A stretch of DNA of 64,000 bases from Minisyncoccota bacterium (GTDB lineage Bacteria > Patescibacteriota > Minisyncoccia > Phycocordibacterales > Phycocordibacteraceae). The position numbers and the translations under genes were made by a program. The notes beneath the pieces were generated by a model, which saw nothing but the letters and a program-made list of their open reading frames with translations, did no database searches and was not told the DNA's origin. The DNA is taken from assembly GCA_028695415.1 (NCBI GenBank), contig JAQVIY010000001.1:113067-177066 (forward strand). The letters run 5' to 3'. This document shows positions 47,390 through 56,959 of this stretch, one piece after another; position 1 is the first letter of the stretch; each line of letters opens with the position of its first letter.

Positions 47390-48736
47390 CTAGTGTCCCT
47401 GGACGAAGGTGAGCGCCTTGCCCTTCTGATTCGCACGACCGGTGCGGCCGATGCGGTGCACGTAATCCTCATAGGTCGAGGGGAGATCGTAGTTGATGAC
47501 GTGGGAGACACCGGATATATCGAGACCGCGTGCCGCAACATCAGTCGCGACGAGCGCGACGACTCTGCCTGTTTTGAAGGCTTCAAGTGCGCGAATACGC
47601 GCGCCATAGGTCTTATTTCCGTGGATGCTCTCGGCGTGGATGTGCTTCCGCGAGAGTTCTTTGGCGAGCTTCTCGACGCCGTACTTTGTACGGCCGAAGA
47701 TAAGCACACGGCTGAAATCGCGGTCCTTCATAAGCTCCACGAGCACCTCGAACTTATCTCTGCCCCGCGGAATGCGCACGACATCCTGCTCCACGTTCTT
47801 CGAGGTGTCGCGCGTCTTCACCGAGATGATGACCGGACTCTCAAGGAAGTCGCCGATAAGCTTCTCCACGTCCTTCCCCATCGTCGCCGAGAAGAAGAGC
47901 GTGTGACGCTCCTTGCGCATCTTGCTGAGTATCATGCGCATATCGTCGATAAAGCCCATGTCGAGCATGCGGTCCGCCTCATCGAGGACGACCGTACCGA
48001 AGCCCGAGAGGTCGAGCGCCTTGCGCTCCATCAGGTCCTTCAGACGTCCCGGGGTACCGATAACGAAGGCCGGATCGTGCTTCAATTGCGAGATCTGAGG
48101 GCCGATGTTTGCGCCACCAACTGCGACCATACCGCGGAAGCCGAGACCCCGAGCGAAGCTCGCGAGCTCCTTCTCGATTTGCACCGCGAGCTCGCGCGTC
48201 GGCGCCATGACGAGCACACGCTCACCCTTCTGCTTCATCACCTTGTCGATGAGCGGAATGAGGAAGGCCGCTGTCTTGCCGGTACCCGTCTCAGCGAGCC
48301 CGACGACGTCTTGACCGAGGAGCGCATGCGCGATGGTCTTGTCTTGGATAGGCGTCGGAGACACGTAGCCGCGCGCCTCGATATTCTTCTTCAGGTGCGC
48401 GTTCATATCGAAGTCGGCAAACGTGTGCTCGGCGACGAATACCGGCTCTTCGGTCGTGACGACCGCCTTGTTCATAAACTTGGCTATCTCAGCCTCGGTC
48501 TCGCCGAAGCTGCCGAAGCCGCGACCGCCGCCGCGTGAGCCGCCGCGGCTACCACCGCGCGACGCATAACCGCCTCTTGAGGGGTATCGGCTCGCACTTT
48601 CGCTTCGCTCGCCGTACCGGCGAGGCGCGCTTCCGCCGCCCTGTGAGCGCGATGAATACGGGCGGCTACTGCCTCCTGATCTCGAAGACCCCGAAGCGCC
48701 CCCGGCTGACTGATGATTCCATCTTCCTACTTGCAT
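47390..48736 (-). CDS. DEAD-box RNA helicase with N-terminal RGG-rich tail
   Basis: AETGTGKT, PTRELA, DEADRM, SAT, HRIGRTGR. Confidence 0.96.
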   Translation of the reverse strand: MQVGRWNHQSAGGASGSSRSGGSSRPYSSRSQGGGSAPRRYGERSESASRYPSRGGYASRGGSRGGSRGGGRGFGSFGETEAEIAKFMNKAVVTTEEPVFVAEHTFADFDMNAHLKKNIEARGYVSPTPIQDKTIAHALLGQDVVGLAETGTGKTAAFLIPLIDKVMKQKGERVLVMAPTRELAVQIEKELASFARGLGFRGMVAVGGANIGPQISQLKHDPAFVIGTPGRLKDLMERKALDLSGFGTVVLDEADRMLDMGFIDDMRMILSKMRKERHTLFFSATMGKDVEKLIGDFLESPVIISVKTRDTSKNVEQDVVRIPRGRDKFEVLVELMKDRDFSRVLIFGRTKYGVEKLAKELSRKHIHAESIHGNKTYGARIRALEAFKTGRVVALVATDVAARGLDISGVSHVINYDLPSTYEDYVHRIGRTGRANQKGKALTFVQGH

Positions 48737-48810
48737 AGATTGTTAGTGTTAGAAACGTAAAAATAAAGGCAAAAGCCTTTTGGTAGGTCTGCTCTCTACT
48801 ATTGGAAAAG

Positions 48811-49128
48811 TTAGGAGATAGAATCTATCTTCACCTTCAAAACAGGCTGACGATGGCCCTTGCGCTTGTAGTAGCGGCTCTTCGGCTTATATTTCACCAC
48901 TTCAACCTTCTTTGCTTTTCCGGCGAGAACAACGGTGCCCTTGACCTCCGCGCCTTTGATAACCGGCGCGCCGATGGTCGTGTCCGAGCCGTTGTCGACG
49001 AGGAGCACCTCGTCAAAGACAACTGTGTCACCCTTCTTCAAATCCCCCGGGAGCTTCTCAATAGCGATAGTGTCGCCTTTTGAGACGACATACTGCTTCC
49101 CGCCGGTCTTGATTACGGCCACTTCCAT
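48811..49128 (-). CDS. rplU: 50S ribosomal protein L21
   Basis: AVIKTGGKQY.V, GHRQP. Confidence 0.97.
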   Translation of the reverse strand: MEVAVIKTGGKQYVVSKGDTIAIEKLPGDLKKGDTVVFDEVLLVDNGSDTTIGAPVIKGAEVKGTVVLAGKAKKVEVVKYKPKSRYYKRKGHRQPVLKVKIDSIS

Positions 49129-49171
49129 AGTCCCCCTAATCTAGCATTTCTTGGCTACAAAGGCAAGTTTC

Positions 49172-50230
49172 CTACTCGTCTCCTGCCGATGGCTTATCGA
49201 GAAGCGAAGGCTCGATGCCAATTTTGGATTCATTGATGCGATACACGTCCTTGTCTATCTTCCCCAATTCTTTATAGCCGGCGTTGTAATGAGAGACGGT
49301 GGTACTAAGCGAGTTGCCGAGTTTCTTATAAAACTCCTCATAAGTACCAATATGCTTCCCGAGCTCCCCTACCCGCTTCTGTATGTCGGCGGCTTTCTGC
49401 TCTATCTGGAGCGCCTTCAACCCCTGCATCACGGTCTGGAGGTATGCAAGGAACGAGGTCGGCGAGACGATGATGACTTTATACTTGCTTGCGGCGCGTT
49501 GAATCAGATTCTCGTCTTCTCCGGCGCCCACCTGATTCGTAAGCAGGTCGTAATAGATGCCCTCGGAGGGGATAAACATAAAGGCGAAATCCATCGTGTC
49601 TTCTTCTGGCCTGATATACTTTGCCGTTTCTGTAATGCGGAGCTTGAGGTCGTTTACGAACGCTTTTTCGGCCGCGGCGCGCTCCGGCGTGCCCACCTGC
49701 GTACTCACGAAGCGATTGTAGTTATCGAGCGAGAACTTAGAGTCTACCGGCACGAGCTTCTTATTGATGATGATGACCGCGTCCACTATCTCGCCGTTTT
49801 GAAACGGGTACTGGATTCGATAGTCCTCGGGCGACATCACATTTCGGAGCACGGTCTCGAGATAGTATTCGCCCAAAATCCCGCGCTGTTTCGGATTCTT
49901 GAGTAAGTCTTGAAGCGACTGGAGTTGCTCAGCATAGGTCTGCGTCTGTCGGCCAATCTCCTTTACCGACGTGAGTTCAGTGGTGATTTCCTTGATGAGG
50001 CGAGAGGATTCCGAAAACTGCCGGTGGGCATTCTCCTGCATCGTACGCGATGACTCTGAGACGCGCGCGTCGAGCGTCCGCGCGAGTTCCTGTATCTGTT
50101 GTTGGAGAAGCAGCATACTACCTTCTTCTTTAGGTGTGCCGAGGCTCTTACGCAACCAAACAAACCCCCCTATAAGCCCGATGATAAGGACACCGATGAG
50201 AAGTCCGATGATTAGGGTGGCTGATTCCAT
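49172..50230 (-). CDS. rmuC: DNA recombination protein RmuC
   Basis: N-terminal TM, K.RG.LGE, VDSKF, KYIRP.T.DFA.MFIPSEG, SPTS. Confidence 0.92.
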   Translation of the reverse strand: MESATLIIGLLIGVLIIGLIGGFVWLRKSLGTPKEEGSMLLLQQQIQELARTLDARVSESSRTMQENAHRQFSESSRLIKEITTELTSVKEIGRQTQTYAEQLQSLQDLLKNPKQRGILGEYYLETVLRNVMSPEDYRIQYPFQNGEIVDAVIIINKKLVPVDSKFSLDNYNRFVSTQVGTPERAAAEKAFVNDLKLRITETAKYIRPEEDTMDFAFMFIPSEGIYYDLLTNQVGAGEDENLIQRAASKYKVIIVSPTSFLAYLQTVMQGLKALQIEQKAADIQKRVGELGKHIGTYEEFYKKLGNSLSTTVSHYNAGYKELGKIDKDVYRINESKIGIEPSLLDKPSAGDE

Positions 50231-50250
50231 ACCTATAGTATACTAGCCCT
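50231..50250. promoter_or_regulatory. Symmetric bidirectional -10 box for two leaderless genes
   Basis: TAGTATACTA gives TATACT on both strands, each 6 nt before an ATG. Confidence 0.65.
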
Positions 50251-50709
50251 ATGGCTATCCACGAAACCCTGAAGCAATCTATTCCCGAGGCGCTCCGCGC
50301 CAAGGACGAAACGCGGCTCCGCACGCTCCGCTCGCTCGTTACCGCGATGACGAACGAGGTCGTCGCCAAGAAGCGAAAGCCCGACGAGTTCCTCACCGAC
50401 GAGGAGGCTCTCGCGATCTTGAAGCGCGCGGCGAGTCAGCGCAGAGATTCCATAGAACAGTTTGAAAAAGCCGGCCGGAACGAGCTTGCCGAACCCGAGA
50501 AGCTTGAGCTCGTTATCATCGAGTCGTACCTGCCGCAGATGATGAGCCACGAAGAGATAGAAGTTGTTGCGAAAGCGAAGATGGCGGAGCTCGGTATCTC
50601 GTCAAAGACTGAAGCCGGAAAGTTCACCGGCATGCTCATGAAAGAGCTGAAGGGTAAGGCAGACGGCGCGGTCGCCAAAGCGGTCGTGGACGCCCTTCTC
50701 GTTTCGTAG
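50251..50709 (+). CDS. GatB/YqeY domain protein
   Basis: R.KD..RL.TLR, QRRDSIEQF.KAGR.ELA, YLPQ.MS, KGKADG. Confidence 0.92.
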   Translation: MAIHETLKQSIPEALRAKDETRLRTLRSLVTAMTNEVVAKKRKPDEFLTDEEALAILKRAASQRRDSIEQFEKAGRNELAEPEKLELVIIESYLPQMMSHEEIEVVAKAKMAELGISSKTEAGKFTGMLMKELKGKADGAVAKAVVDALLVS

Positions 50710-50741
50710 TGAATCTGCTATAGTTCACTGAGTCAAATCCT

Positions 50742-51011
50742 ATGGAAGGGATACCGATGGGCAAGGAAACCAAATCTGACCTGATGGACACGCTGGAGAG
50801 GGCTGCTCGAGCACGAAAAAAGTATCTCGAAGAACATCCCGAGTTCCTTAAGAAGTTGGAGCGAGGAGAAAATGCTTCTGCCCGAATCGCTACGGAACAT
50901 CCAGAAACCGTTGCGGGGGCTCAAGAAAGCGAGAGAGGGAGACGCCCTGCCCTCAAGGGAGCGCGAGAGCACGACCTTCACCAACGCAAGATTCTCGGAG
51001 ATGATTTCTGA
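50742..51011 (+). CDS. Hypothetical charged protein (start may be 50757)
   Basis: ORF with upstream TGCTATAGT and downstream terminator. Confidence 0.5.
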   Translation: MEGIPMGKETKSDLMDTLERAARARKKYLEEHPEFLKKLERGENASARIATEHPETVAGAQESERGRRPALKGAREHDLHQRKILGDDF

Positions 51012-51043
51012 AAGGCCGGCACTCACCGGTCTTTTTTCTTTTT
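51011..51043 (+). terminator. Intrinsic terminator
   Basis: AAAGGCCGG-loop-CCGGTCTTT followed by a T-tract. Confidence 0.6.
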
Positions 51044-51046
51044 AGA

Positions 51047-51460
51047 TTACGGGCACGGCACCTTCGGGGCATTCAATATTTCAAGTACCTTGTCGGCAAT
51101 TCCTTCAAGTTTCCAATCTGACTTCACCATAAAGAACGAGGGGCCGAGCTCGGCGATATTTCGTATTTGAACGTCTTCATCTGCGCTTAGATTGGTGAGG
51201 ATGACGACCGGGACGCACTTACCCCAATCATTCTTCCCGCGCAGTTCTTTGAGCATCTCCCAGCCGTCCATCATCGGCATAAGGATATCGAGCAGAATAA
51301 TATCAGGAAGTTCTTTGAGCGCCACCATAAGACCGCTCATGCCGTTTTTAGCCTCTATAACAGTCAATCCTGCCTCAACGAGCGAGGAGCGGAGTGCCTT
51401 GAGCATGGCCTCATCATCTTCAACCACAAGAACTTTATTTTTTGTCATGTCCGTAGCCAT
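51047..51460 (-). CDS. Single-domain response regulator
   Basis: VLVVEDD, LLDILMPMMDG, VILTN, K; no output domain. Confidence 0.92.
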   Translation of the reverse strand: MATDMTKNKVLVVEDDEAMLKALRSSLVEAGLTVIEAKNGMSGLMVALKELPDIILLDILMPMMDGWEMLKELRGKNDWGKCVPVVILTNLSADEDVQIRNIAELGPSFFMVKSDWKLEGIADKVLEILNAPKVPCP

Positions 51461-51467
51461 GGTGACA

Positions 51468-53816
51468 TTATACCACCGGTCGCGCCTCTTTCGGGAGCAA
51501 GAGATAGAACGTTGTCCCCTCCCCTTCTTTAGAAACAAACCAGATGATGCCTCCTATGATATCCGCCATTATCTTCGACATGTAGAGCCCAAGCCCGTTG
51601 CCGTTGGGATCCTGCATTTTTGCATTATCGGCGCGATAGAACTTAGAGAATACCTTCTCCTTGACGCTCTCTGGCACCCCGATACCGGAGTCGTGGACAG
51701 CGACGAGCACCGAATCCTGTGCGGCTATCTTTCCTGCAACGGACTCTCCGGCGATGACATTCTCAAGGGAGATAACGACTTCCCCGCCGTCTTTTGAATA
51801 TTTAAGGGCATTCGAGACGAAATTCTGTACGATGATACGGGCGAGATCCGCGTCGGTGAGCACACGAGAGAGAGAGTTCTGATACTTCTCGACAACACGC
51901 AACTTCTTTCGCTCCGCCTGCAGTTGAAGTTCCGCCTGTATCGATCGCGAGATGGCGATAAGATCGGTCGGAGCAGTGTTTTTCGTCTGGGTGCCGGTCT
52001 CGAGGCGCAAGACATGCAAGAACGAGTTGATGATTTCATTCATCTGCCGTCCGGCCAGAGCGATCTCATTGAAATATTCTTTCTGTTTAGCGGTCATCTT
52101 ACCCGCATCGCCGCCAAGAAGCATTTCTGAATACCAATTGATGGCAGTAAGCGGCGTGCGCAGCTGGTGCGACGCGAGCGAGATAAATTCGGTCTTAGCG
52201 GTATCTATCTCTTTCTCTTTCGTGATATCCCGCTCGATGCCGACGAAGAATACTATCTTGTCATTAGAATCGAGTACCGGGGAAATATTGATGAGCGCCG
52301 TATAGAGCTGCCCGTTCTTCCTTTTATTCTGCATCTCCCCGATGAAGGTCTCCTTCCGGTCCTTGATGGTATGCCAGAGATTCTCGTAATAGTCTTTAGG
52401 CATCGGCGACTTCCAGAGCACTCCGGATTTCTTACCCAGCGCCTCTTCCGGCTTGTAGCCCGTTATCTTTTCGACCGCCGCATTGGCATAGATAACCGTT
52501 CCCTCAGGGTCCGTGATGATGATCTGATCCGAGGCATTATCGATCGCCAATTTGAATTTTTTCAGATCATTCGCGAGACGCTCGGCCTTCATTTTCTCCT
52601 CTTCAAGCTTCTCTTCTTCGTCTTTAAGATCCGCAGCGATATTAAATGCAGCCTGTTCGCTCTCTTTTGCTTCTTCGGTCTTCTCAGCAAGTTCTTTTGT
52701 CCGTTCACTCACCTTTTGTTCAAGCGTGATGCGAGATTCCTGCAGTTTGCTGATCATGGCATTAAAGGTGGTTGCCAGAATACCGACATCGTCTTTCGAC
52801 GTGATGACGATGCTTTGGTTCAGATCCCCTTGTGCGATTTTATTTGCAAATGCCGTGAGCGCATGTACCGGACCCGTTATGGACCTCGACATGGTGACCG
52901 CGACGGCGATAATCAGCGCGCTGATGATGGAAACAATAAGCAGGAACAATTCCTGCAAATGCCGTATCGGCGTATATGCTTCGGTCTGATCTATTTTGAC
53001 GACGATCCCCCATCCGGTGCTCTCGATATATCGCGTCGCCGCAAAGACTTTTATGCCGCGATAATCGACTGCGTTCAATAGAAGCGCTTCCTCTCCGCGA
53101 ACGGCGCGTATCGTCGGCAGCATTTGACTTGCTGGCACAACTCGCGAGAGTGCGGCAGAAGGGTCAAAACGAGTCGGGGTCAAGAAAAGCGCATTTCCAT
53201 CGCTTGTCTCAGTGACAACCAATGTCTCTCCTGTTTTCCCAAATCCCGCAAAATCATGAGAAATATTGACGATATCGTCAGCATCGGTTACCACCACCGC
53301 GACCCCCTCAGTTTTGTCGGCAATAAGCGGGCCGGCAAGATATTGTGAGACGGTGCCATCTGCATCTTTCCCCAACACCGATTCATCGTTAGCGTGCAGG
53401 CCTCGCTTAAAATAGGCCTCGGTTTGTATATCCGTACCAATAAGAGCCTTATCGCTTGAGGCGACAACGATACCTGCGGTTGTCGCTAAAAATAATTTTC
53501 GTATCCCGACCGCTCTCCCCGGCGCTTCTACCAACTCCTGTAATTTTTCCTTATTCAACAACGTCGGTTGTGCATTATACCCTTGCAGGGCGCCGACAAA
53601 CGACGAACTCGTGGTGAATAAGTTCAGAATATCCAATTTGTTGTTCAACGTATCTTCAAGCCGATTCTTTTGCGTTTCAGCGAGACTGTCGAGGGTGGTG
53701 TAGGTCTTGGCGTTCACCTGTTCTTGTGATGCCAGAAATGCAAGCGTCCCGCCTACCAACCACGGTATGAGAGCGACTTGCATGACGATGATAACGATTT
53801 TTGTATTCAGGCTCAT
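51468..53816 (-). CDS. Sensor histidine kinase (Cache-like, HAMP, PAS, HisKA, HATPase)
   Basis: Two TMs flanking an extracellular domain; HAMP; PAS; ASHQLRTPL; NALKY; DSGIG; GNGLGL. Confidence 0.93.
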   Translation of the reverse strand: MSLNTKIVIIVMQVALIPWLVGGTLAFLASQEQVNAKTYTTLDSLAETQKNRLEDTLNNKLDILNLFTTSSSFVGALQGYNAQPTLLNKEKLQELVEAPGRAVGIRKLFLATTAGIVVASSDKALIGTDIQTEAYFKRGLHANDESVLGKDADGTVSQYLAGPLIADKTEGVAVVVTDADDIVNISHDFAGFGKTGETLVVTETSDGNALFLTPTRFDPSAALSRVVPASQMLPTIRAVRGEEALLLNAVDYRGIKVFAATRYIESTGWGIVVKIDQTEAYTPIRHLQELFLLIVSIISALIIAVAVTMSRSITGPVHALTAFANKIAQGDLNQSIVITSKDDVGILATTFNAMISKLQESRITLEQKVSERTKELAEKTEEAKESEQAAFNIAADLKDEEEKLEEEKMKAERLANDLKKFKLAIDNASDQIIITDPEGTVIYANAAVEKITGYKPEEALGKKSGVLWKSPMPKDYYENLWHTIKDRKETFIGEMQNKRKNGQLYTALINISPVLDSNDKIVFFVGIERDITKEKEIDTAKTEFISLASHQLRTPLTAINWYSEMLLGGDAGKMTAKQKEYFNEIALAGRQMNEIINSFLHVLRLETGTQTKNTAPTDLIAISRSIQAELQLQAERKKLRVVEKYQNSLSRVLTDADLARIIVQNFVSNALKYSKDGGEVVISLENVIAGESVAGKIAAQDSVLVAVHDSGIGVPESVKEKVFSKFYRADNAKMQDPNGNGLGLYMSKIMADIIGGIIWFVSKEGEGTTFYLLLPKEARPVV

Positions 53817-54472
53817 GGGTTCTTTTCTGCACGGTTCACAAAGGCGAGTCCGATTCCAAGGAGGATGAAACAAAGTGCTGTATTGAACGCCATGGGCACA
53901 CTCGCGTTATTGAATTCGAAATACAGGGCGGGAACGTTGAACGCATACCCGATCATAGCAACACAGGCAATAGCAATGATGGCAAAGCTCATAATAGTAA
54001 TATATTGTTTACGAAAAACGGTCGCGAAATTTGCAATAACGGTGACTACCGAAAAAATCATGAAATTCAGCAGTGCGGGGATGGAAGGCAGCCCGCTGAC
54101 CGGTTCAAGATTGGTAATCGTCAATATATCTGGCTGTCGCACAAATAATGTTTCTATACCCGTTGGTATGCCAAGCAGTCTGCCCGCCAACATCGAACTT
54201 GCCACAATAGCGAGGGTCAATGCGATACCGGGCAGAAATACACCCGCGACCTCGTCTTCGTCTTGAACGACGCGAGATATAAGAAAGAGACCGCTAGCAC
54301 TAAGGAGGAACAGAAAAGCCGTTACGAACTTCATGTTGATGCTCACGTGTGCAGACACAATGCGCGTGAACGCATCAATATCAAAAACCCAACCCGCCAT
54401 AACAATGATCGAATATATTCCAATCACTACCGCCAGAAGATGTGCAATTCGGTGACGAGCAAAACGGATCAT
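53813..54472 (-). CDS. Multi-TM membrane protein, stand-alone sensor-like domain
   Basis: 5-6 TMs; repeated MKFVTA and MAFNTA.CF motifs like those in kinase/cyclase membrane sensor regions. Confidence 0.7.
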   Translation of the reverse strand: MIRFARHRIAHLLAVVIGIYSIIVMAGWVFDIDAFTRIVSAHVSINMKFVTAFLFLLSASGLFLISRVVQDEDEVAGVFLPGIALTLAIVASSMLAGRLLGIPTGIETLFVRQPDILTITNLEPVSGLPSIPALLNFMIFSVVTVIANFATVFRKQYITIMSFAIIAIACVAMIGYAFNVPALYFEFNNASVPMAFNTALCFILLGIGLAFVNRAEKNP

Positions 54473-54474
54473 AG

Positions 54475-56475
54475 CTACTCTGAAGCGAGCTTCGCCTTCA
54501 GTTTCTCTATCTCATTCTTCAGCTCAATCATCTTGAGCTCTCTCCCGACCATGAGCTTGTTGATGTTCTCGATCTCCTCGAGATGTTCTTGACTCTTCTG
54601 TTCCGCTTCTTTCTGTTCGGTGACATCCTGCACCATCGAGAGTACGCCGATTACCGCCCCGTCCGGCTGCTTTAAGGGCGTATTGACCCAGTCGCAGATG
54701 ATGGTGCGGCCGTCCTTAGTCGTATTCTCGTTCACGCTGCGCGCCGACTCATCGCCGGCGAGCAGCCGACCCCAGACATCATTCACTTGGGGCTGCGCGC
54801 TCTTCGGCACGATAAGATCGTACGGATGCTTTCCGATTGCCTCCTCGGACGTAAAGCCGAATATCTTTTCTGCCGCGGGATTCCAGGTAACCACAAGGAA
54901 ATTCTTGTCCCAGAGAATATGGCCGATAGGCATGCGATCCACCTCGAAGCGCAACCGTTCTTCGTTCTTCTTTAAGGCTTCTCCAGCCACCTTGCGCTCG
55001 GTGATGTCCTGAGCTGTACCGCGGAGACCAATCACCTTGCCTTCCTCATTACGGATCGTCTCGCTCCGCGCCGTAATCCAGCGGACCGAATCGGTCGGAC
55101 GAGCGATTTCTAGATCGATTTCGTACGGCTCGCCCGTTTCTGTATTTTTCTTTACTGCCGCGTCGAGCAGTGCCGCACTCTCTGGCGTGTATATCTTGAG
55201 GTGTTCTTCATAGTTCGGAGGATGTTGCGTAGGATCAAGGCCGAAGAGGTGATAATACTCCTTCGACCATGTGATAGTGTCTGTCGCGATATCCCAGCTC
55301 CAGTTGCCGATCCGCCCCACGCGCTGAGCCTCTCTGAGCTCTCGTTCACTTTCGCTCAATTTCTTCTCGGCGCTCTTACGCTCCGTCACATCGATGCCGT
55401 AGGAGATGGTCCCAATGACAGCTCCATCGTCATGCAGGTCGGAGTTTCGCCATTCGATTATCCGCTCTTCGCCGCTCTTCGTGAGAATAGGGTTTTCGAA
55501 GTCCCCGATGATGGACTCCCTCTTCTTCTTGAATTCCTCGAACACCTCCCACACCTTCGGGTATCGGTTGCGTGGCGCAATGATCTCGAACCAATTCCGG
55601 CCAAGCACCTCGTCCTTCCGGTACCCAGTCACTTTCTCAGCGACTTCATTGAACGCCGTGACCCTGCCTTCAAGGTCAAGACATACGATCATCGCGTTCG
55701 AGAAACGGATGAGCTCTTCGGAATAGTGGATCGCTTTCTTATACTCTGTCTCAATGGTCTGCCGATCGAGCAGGTTCTTAAGCAATCGGTCCACTTCTTC
55801 CGAAGTTCCTTTCCCGGCCATCAGGAACTCGTCGACAGGAACGTAGTAAAAATTACGGCAGACGGTATTGCCGACCACGACGATCGGGTGCGTGTGAATG
55901 ACGTCGAGAAGGATTGCCGGCGAGAAACGCTGACGATTGTACTGACAGATGGCGAGCGCATCGTTCGCCGGGAAAAAACGGTTGAGTTTCGCCTCATACT
56001 CGATGAGGCGGTCAGTGCCCTTCTCACCGCCGAGCATCCAGGTCATCTCGCCAGTTGCCCGAAGCGCAGAATATCCCTCCTTTTTCGCCGCATTTGTCGA
56101 GTCGGTAAGGAACCGGATCATTTCATCCGGATCGAAATAGCCGTTACGCAAATACGCTTCCCGCTTCGTGATCACGGCGAGCGAACCTTTCTTGAGCGCC
56201 GCATCCACATCAATGCCGCCCGCCCGCATGGAGGCAAGAACCTCATCGACGGTATTGTCATCCGCGATGTACACGCATTTTTCTCCGCGCTCAAGCCCGA
56301 TGCGCATGAACGGAACGACCGCCGCAAACTGTTCTTCCTTATTGGCATAAATGAGGCACAAATGATCGTGCATCGAAACGTCCTCAATGGCGCGTACGAG
56401 ACTTGTCGCGCCCGATCCGGCCGGATTTTTTTCGTCATTCGCAATGGTGAGGGACATGAGGATAGGAGGAGACAT
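54475..56475 (-). CDS. MEDS plus three PAS domains, with C-terminal coiled coil and no output domain
   Basis: HDHLCLIY...G.ERGEKC.Y, LRATGEMTW, YEAKLN...ICQY (MEDS); three PAS/PAC repeats; ends NKLMVGRELKMIELK. Confidence 0.85.
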   Translation of the reverse strand: MSPPILMSLTIANDEKNPAGSGATSLVRAIEDVSMHDHLCLIYANKEEQFAAVVPFMRIGLERGEKCVYIADDNTVDEVLASMRAGGIDVDAALKKGSLAVITKREAYLRNGYFDPDEMIRFLTDSTNAAKKEGYSALRATGEMTWMLGGEKGTDRLIEYEAKLNRFFPANDALAICQYNRQRFSPAILLDVIHTHPIVVVGNTVCRNFYYVPVDEFLMAGKGTSEEVDRLLKNLLDRQTIETEYKKAIHYSEELIRFSNAMIVCLDLEGRVTAFNEVAEKVTGYRKDEVLGRNWFEIIAPRNRYPKVWEVFEEFKKKRESIIGDFENPILTKSGEERIIEWRNSDLHDDGAVIGTISYGIDVTERKSAEKKLSESERELREAQRVGRIGNWSWDIATDTITWSKEYYHLFGLDPTQHPPNYEEHLKIYTPESAALLDAAVKKNTETGEPYEIDLEIARPTDSVRWITARSETIRNEEGKVIGLRGTAQDITERKVAGEALKKNEERLRFEVDRMPIGHILWDKNFLVVTWNPAAEKIFGFTSEEAIGKHPYDLIVPKSAQPQVNDVWGRLLAGDESARSVNENTTKDGRTIICDWVNTPLKQPDGAVIGVLSMVQDVTEQKEAEQKSQEHLEEIENINKLMVGRELKMIELKNEIEKLKAKLASE

Positions 56476-56562
56476 TTTTCCGTCTCTATTTCCTATTGTA
56501 CGCCAACGCGGTGCGCGAAAACACCCCGCAAAGCGGAGCGTGTGCACAAGCACGAGGTATCG

Positions 56563-56934
56563 TCACTTCGAGTGTATGAGAACGTTTTTTATCTTTTCAA
56601 CTATCTCGTTGATGGGGTGTTCGGACTTTACATAATAATCGGCGGCACCGAGAGACAGGGCGCGCTTGATATCGCTGTCTTCGCCGAGATTCGAGACGAC
56701 GACCACGGGTATCATCTTCAGCATTTGGTCAGACTTCAGTGACTCAAGCACCTCGAAGCCATTCCTCTTCGGTAGAAGGAGGTCGAGCACGATAGCGTCT
56801 GGATTAGTATCCTTCGCTAGAGTGAGCGCGGCATCGCCGTCGTTGGCAACAGCAACATCATAGCCGGATTTTTCAAATTTTTCTTGCAAGACTTTTGAAA
56901 GCACCTCTTCGTCTTCAATGACTAAAATTTTCAT
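56563..56934 (-). CDS. Single-domain response regulator
   Basis: ILVIEDE, VLDLLLP..NG, VVSN, GAADYYVK. Confidence 0.93.
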   Translation of the reverse strand: MKILVIEDEEVLSKVLQEKFEKSGYDVAVANDGDAALTLAKDTNPDAIVLDLLLPKRNGFEVLESLKSDQMLKMIPVVVVSNLGEDSDIKRALSLGAADYYVKSEHPINEIVEKIKNVLIHSK

Positions 56935-56959
56935 GATGGCTTGATTAAAATGATTGTTT

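Noticed and set aside
55201-56742. Long antisense ORFs (also 47378-48538, 1073-1915, 23407-24327)
   Set aside because: They shadow well-supported genes on the opposite strand, have no recognisable motifs, and are expected with GC-rich codon bias.
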